This document shows positions 44,783 through 48,456 of a stretch of DNA of 48,456 nucleotides, piece by piece. The notes below the pieces were generated by a model. That model was not told the origin of the DNA and did not search any database. It worked only from the letters and a program-made list of their open reading frames with translations. Position numbers and translations under genes: made by a program. The DNA lies in contig JAUSKB010000023.1 of NCBI GenBank assembly GCA_030647415.1, positions 1-48,456 of the forward strand. The letters run 5' to 3'. The stretch comes from a bacterium (GTDB lineage Bacteria; Patescibacteriota; Minisyncoccia; UBA6257; GWB1-50-10). Each line of letters opens with the position of its first letter. Position 1 is the first letter of the stretch.

Positions 44783-45275
44783 TTTAGGCTGCTCCCCGTT
44801 CGTTCGCCACTACTTAGGGAATGCAATTGGTCTATCTTCCTCCGGGTACTGAAATGTTTTACTTCCCCGGGTATGCGCCGCTCGCAAGCGTTACTCGCGA
44901 GGGCCGTGCGGGTTCGCCGCACGAGGTTGCCCCATTCGGAAATCTCCGGATCACAGGTTGCTACGCACCTCCCCGAAGCTTATCGCAGCTACGCCACGTC
45001 CTTCATCGCCCTGTGGTGCCAAGGCATCCACCATCCACCCTTATATTGCTCGCTCCGTTCGCGATCGGTCGCCTAAGGCGACCGCTCCGAACAGAGGTAT
45101 GATATGCGATTTTTTGGTACTCTCTACTTCAGTAAACTAACTCGTTGTTTAGTTGGAAAGCATCAGTCGAGACAAGAAAAATCCGCCAGTCGGCGGAGTT
45201 CAGGGTGCGCGCGTCGCCGTGCGTTAAATCCCTGGTCCGCCTCGGTATGTCGCGTTCGCGTACATTCGCCACGAA

Positions 45276-45303
45276 AGTGTATCACAGCCGTATGGGGCGT
45301 CAA
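45276..45303 (-). promoter_or_regulatory. Putative promoter of the stand-alone 23S-5S unit
   Basis: Minus strand TTGACG-16-TACACT with TG before the -10. Confidence 0.55.
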
Positions 45304-45357
45304 CCCCGTAAAGGCGCTAGTGCGCCCACGGGGTGAACCCGTATAAGAGCCGTTGGA

Positions 45358-45552
45358 TTACTCTTGTGAATCCTTCTTTTTCTCCCCTCTTGCCCATCTC
45401 GAAAATAGTCCATCTCCCTCTGCCCATCCACGTTGCGAACCCTCCCGAGTATAATCACTTTGCCCTTTATTGTCTCCGTGAATGGCGATTCCAATGAGCG
45501 CCGCCAAAAGCGCAATAACCAAAGATGCAGCAATCGCAAGGTCTGTACTCAT
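45358..45552 (-). CDS. Small membrane protein, hypothetical
   Basis: N-terminal TM helix; 5 nt after upstream ORF stop. Confidence 0.5.
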   Translation of the reverse strand: MSTDLAIAASLVIALLAALIGIAIHGDNKGQSDYTREGSQRGWAEGDGLFSRWARGEKKKDSQE

Positions 45553-45557
45553 ATAAA

Positions 45558-45785
45558 TTAGGCGACAATACGCACCAGTGGCCCTAACACAATCTTTATT
45601 TCTTTAATATCATTCTCCATCGCGCCGAGTTTCCGTTCAACCGCTTGGAAATGACTATCGGTATCCTCTCGAAGCGCTCCTACAACCTCACGAAGTTCAT
45701 CCACCTCGACCTTCGTCGCGGTTGCCTCGAACCCTCGCGAAATCATCTCGGCGAGCTCTTCGCGTGTTACCTTTTTCTCCGCCAC
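45558..45785 (-). CDS. Small coiled-coil hypothetical protein
   Basis: EELAEMISRGFEATATK...VERKLGAMENDIKEIK heptads; GTG start assumed. Confidence 0.6.
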   Translation of the reverse strand: MAEKKVTREELAEMISRGFEATATKVEVDELREVVGALREDTDSHFQAVERKLGAMENDIKEIKIVLGPLVRIVA

Positions 45786-45991
45786 AATGTCCGTATGATG
45801 CCGCAATCCCCGCCTGTACAACAACGACATGACACTCAATATATCGACACCCGATGTCGACACTAACGTGCGAGTTACCCCTAATTTCACAAGAACATAA
45901 ACATTATTCCTTGCATAGGTGGTATGACATGTCATACCACCTGACAGCTACATATAAAATTTTGTTGTATGGGAAAGGCACGGAACTTATT

Positions 45992-46627
45992 CTAACCAAG
46001 TCCAGTAACTAGCGGGACGAACTGGAAGCCGGGGAAGCGGCGCTCGGTGAACTCGTCCGCCCCCGTCTTCTCGAGGAGCACGAGCGACTCCCCTACCGGC
46101 GCCACGATGCGTCCGCCCACGACAAGCTGGTCCTTCCACGCGTGCGGTATCGCGGAACCGGAAGCGGCGCTGATAATGCGGTCGTAGGGCCCACCCTCGG
46201 CGAACCCCGCCGTCGCGTCTGCGTGGACCACGCGCACGACGCCACGGACATCCTCCGGCAACACCTCTGCAAGCACCGCGGCTGCCCGGTCAGCCAGCGT
46301 CTTTGTCCGCTCGAGGGCGACCACCTTTCCATGGACACCGACAACGTGCGAGAGGAGCGCCGCCTGCCATCCGGAGCCACACCCTACATCGAGCACGGCG
46401 TTGCCGCGGACCGGCGCAAGGAGCTCAAGCATGAGTGCGACAGTGAGGGGCTGGGAAATGGTCTGTCCCGTGCCGATAGGCAGGGGGCAGTTCTCGTACG
46501 CCCGACCCCGAACCTCCTCCGGCACGAACCGAGCACGGTCCGCTGCGGCGAATGCCTCGATAAGGGAAGGCGACTTGAGGTAGCCGTCTCGCACTAACGC
46601 ATCGAGCAGTTCCTTATATGTGTTCAT
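45992..46627 (-). CDS. pcm: Protein-L-isoaspartate O-methyltransferase
   Basis: RARFVP, PIGTGQTISQP, VLDVGCGSGWQAALL, GPYDRI, GGRIVAPVG, FVPL. Confidence 0.95.
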   Translation of the reverse strand: MNTYKELLDALVRDGYLKSPSLIEAFAAADRARFVPEEVRGRAYENCPLPIGTGQTISQPLTVALMLELLAPVRGNAVLDVGCGSGWQAALLSHVVGVHGKVVALERTKTLADRAAAVLAEVLPEDVRGVVRVVHADATAGFAEGGPYDRIISAASGSAIPHAWKDQLVVGGRIVAPVGESLVLLEKTGADEFTERRFPGFQFVPLVTGLG

Positions 46628-47311
46628 ATATGTTGGTAGTGCTAATTTTTCCTTTTTCTTTTGTCCTTTTTCTTATCTCCATAAGTGTACGCGGCGCATA
46701 GAAAATGAACAACCGCGCAATCGGTACGGTATCCGCTGCGGCATTGGCTGTTGTTCACCCCGCCGCGGCGGGGTTTATTGTTTGTATCTCCATTCATCCG
46801 CGCCGCGCGCGGCGTAGTATTCTGGAGACAAACAATAAAAAGCCCGCTCCATCAGTATCCTTTGTGTCGAATTGTTCGACGGATACCAAATTGGTGCGGG
46901 CTTGCCTGTTGCGGAACATGCGCTCATAGAAACCCCTTCATTCGAGATTTGTGAAAAAAATCGCCTTTCCCGCTCCATCCCTTCCCACTTTAACTGTGTA
47001 GTCACAATCAATACCAACAAAAATCGGCTCACCGCGTTCCCCTCGAAGGGTAATGCTGGTGCACTGATGATTGCCGTCATGTTGCAGACGCATCCCGCGC
47101 CGTTTTCGCATCACGAACACCCGCGCCACGGCGACACAGTTTCGGATGATTCCACGGACGGGCTCCTGGTATTCCCCCTGAATGATTCGTTCAGAGAGAA
47201 GCTTCAACACACGCACATGTTCCCGCTCTTTCCTCTGCGCTTCCATACTATCACCTCCTTTTCAAGTCAGAAGCTACCGTAAAGTATCAACCCACACGAT
47301 GTAAACGTCAA

Positions 47312-48456
47312 GTTCCAGCTCATTGAAACTGTTACCGAGCGAGGAGTGTATAGCTCATAAATGGGTTACCGTGGTCACCTATGACCATGGAAACAAGGAA
47401 GGAGATATTTGATGAGTTCAAAGCGGCGTACTGGAGTGGTTCCCGAGCGGAGAAGGGCGAGATCCTGGATCACGTCTGCGCGGTGATGCAGCTACATCGC
47501 AAAGCGGCGATACGGAGGTTTGCCGCCCTGCAAATGCGCGATCCACTCCGAGAAGACGGCCGCGGTCGGTCTGCCTACTACACGCCTGATGTGACCGCTG
47601 CCCTCAAAGACATCTGGGAAGCGGGTGACGAGGTCTGTGGGGAGCTCTTGCACCCGCAGATCGCCGAGTACGTCGCTATACTCCGGCGGGATCACCTGTG
47701 GGCGCATCCCGACCTGACGACCCGAAAGCTCCTCACGATGAGTGAGGCGACCGTGAAGCGGCGCGTGGGATGCTTTCTCAAAGCGCGCCGCACCAAGCAC
47801 GGCATCACGACAACCAGACCGTCGCATATCAAGCACCTCGTGCCAATCTTCATCGGCCCCTGGAAGGACAAGCCACCCGGGTTCGGGCAGATAGATACCG
47901 TACTCCACAGCTCGAGCGCCTCGGGAGACGCGGTCTATACAGTCAATTTCACTGATGCCGCTACGCTCGCGGTGGTTCCGTATGCCCAGTGGAATAAGGG
48001 TCAGGAAACCACGCGGGAGAGCATGTGGGCGATTCGGGAGCGGATGCCGTTTCCCCTCTTAGGTGCACACCCGGACACGGGGAGCGAGTTCATCAATCGG
48101 ATGGTCATGGATTGGTGCCGCGAGGAACATATCGACCTCTCGCGGAGCCGTCCGAACCATAAGAACGACAACATGTATGTCGAGGAGCGGAATGGCCACG
48201 TCATCCGGAAGACCGTCGGGTATATCACCCTAGACTGCCGGGAGGCGGTGGATGCACTGAATCGGGTGTACGACGTGCTCGCGCCCTACCGCTTCCACTT
48301 TATTGCCGTGAGGAGAATGGTCGAGAAGGAGAAGCTATCATCACGGTACCGCAGGGTGTATGAACAGACGCCGAAGACCCCCTACCGGCGGACGCTGGAA
48401 CATCCGGCGGTGTCGGAAGAGATTAAAACCAAACTCCGTGCGGTGCATGAAACCTT
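47312..48456 (+). mobile_element. Insertion sequence with DDE/integrase-core transposase, cut by window edge
   Basis: End defined by identity with 1-137; contains transposase ORF. Confidence 0.88.
47381..48456 (+). CDS. Transposase (integrase catalytic core), 3' partial; absent from ORF track because it has no stop
   Basis: MTMETRKEIF...EKGEILDHVC...HRKAAIR; PGFGQIDTV, HPDTGSEFIN, SRSRPNHKNDNMYVEERN. Confidence 0.9.
   Translation, partial: MTMETRKEIFDEFKAAYWSGSRAEKGEILDHVCAVMQLHRKAAIRRFAALQMRDPLREDGRGRSAYYTPDVTAALKDIWEAGDEVCGELLHPQIAEYVAILRRDHLWAHPDLTTRKLLTMSEATVKRRVGCFLKARRTKHGITTTRPSHIKHLVPIFIGPWKDKPPGFGQIDTVLHSSSASGDAVYTVNFTDAATLAVVPYAQWNKGQETTRESMWAIRERMPFPLLGAHPDTGSEFINRMVMDWCREEHIDLSRSRPNHKNDNMYVEERNGHVIRKTVGYITLDCREAVDALNRVYDVLAPYRFHFIAVRRMVEKEKLSSRYRRVYEQTPKTPYRRTLEHPAVSEEIKTKLRAVHET

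Noticed and set aside
46775-47246. Two overlapping minus-strand ORFs next to the IS
   Set aside because: SD-like GGAGGTG precedes 47246 but no recognisable motif; may be a frameshifted remnant, too weak to call

Overview
Bacterial chromosomal segment, GC-rich overall. It is most consistent with a Patescibacteria/Parcubacteria (CPR) genome (inference: compact type IV pilus cluster, short DnaX and RecQ, SD-less core genes, unlinked 23S-5S rRNA with a group I intron and several insertions). Both ends carry inverted copies of the same DDE/integrase-core IS (1-137 is the exact reverse complement of 47312-47448). In order: dnaX; a minus-strand type IV pilus cluster (2 pilins, PilX/PilW/PilV-like, PilC, PilB); tRNA-Gln(UUG); HI0933-family flavoprotein; transglutaminase-like protein; ABC-F; cupredoxin; MacAB-like ABC exporter with ECF sigma/anti-sigma; an AT-rich island with two ATP-grasp ligases and a C39 peptidase; a divergent locus joining nicotinamidase-vWA(TerY)-PP2C-kinase to NUDIX-pncB-nadE; recQ; 5S and 23S rRNA; pcm; transposase. 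The best candidate for an undescribed system is the NAD-salvage/TerY-P hybrid locus. Other notable items: an L2593 group I intron with a competing stem over its 5' splice site and a small membrane-protein ORF, twin repeat elements in two 23S helices, and several insertions flanked by duplicated gene ends. All calls are by eye from motifs; no searches were run.
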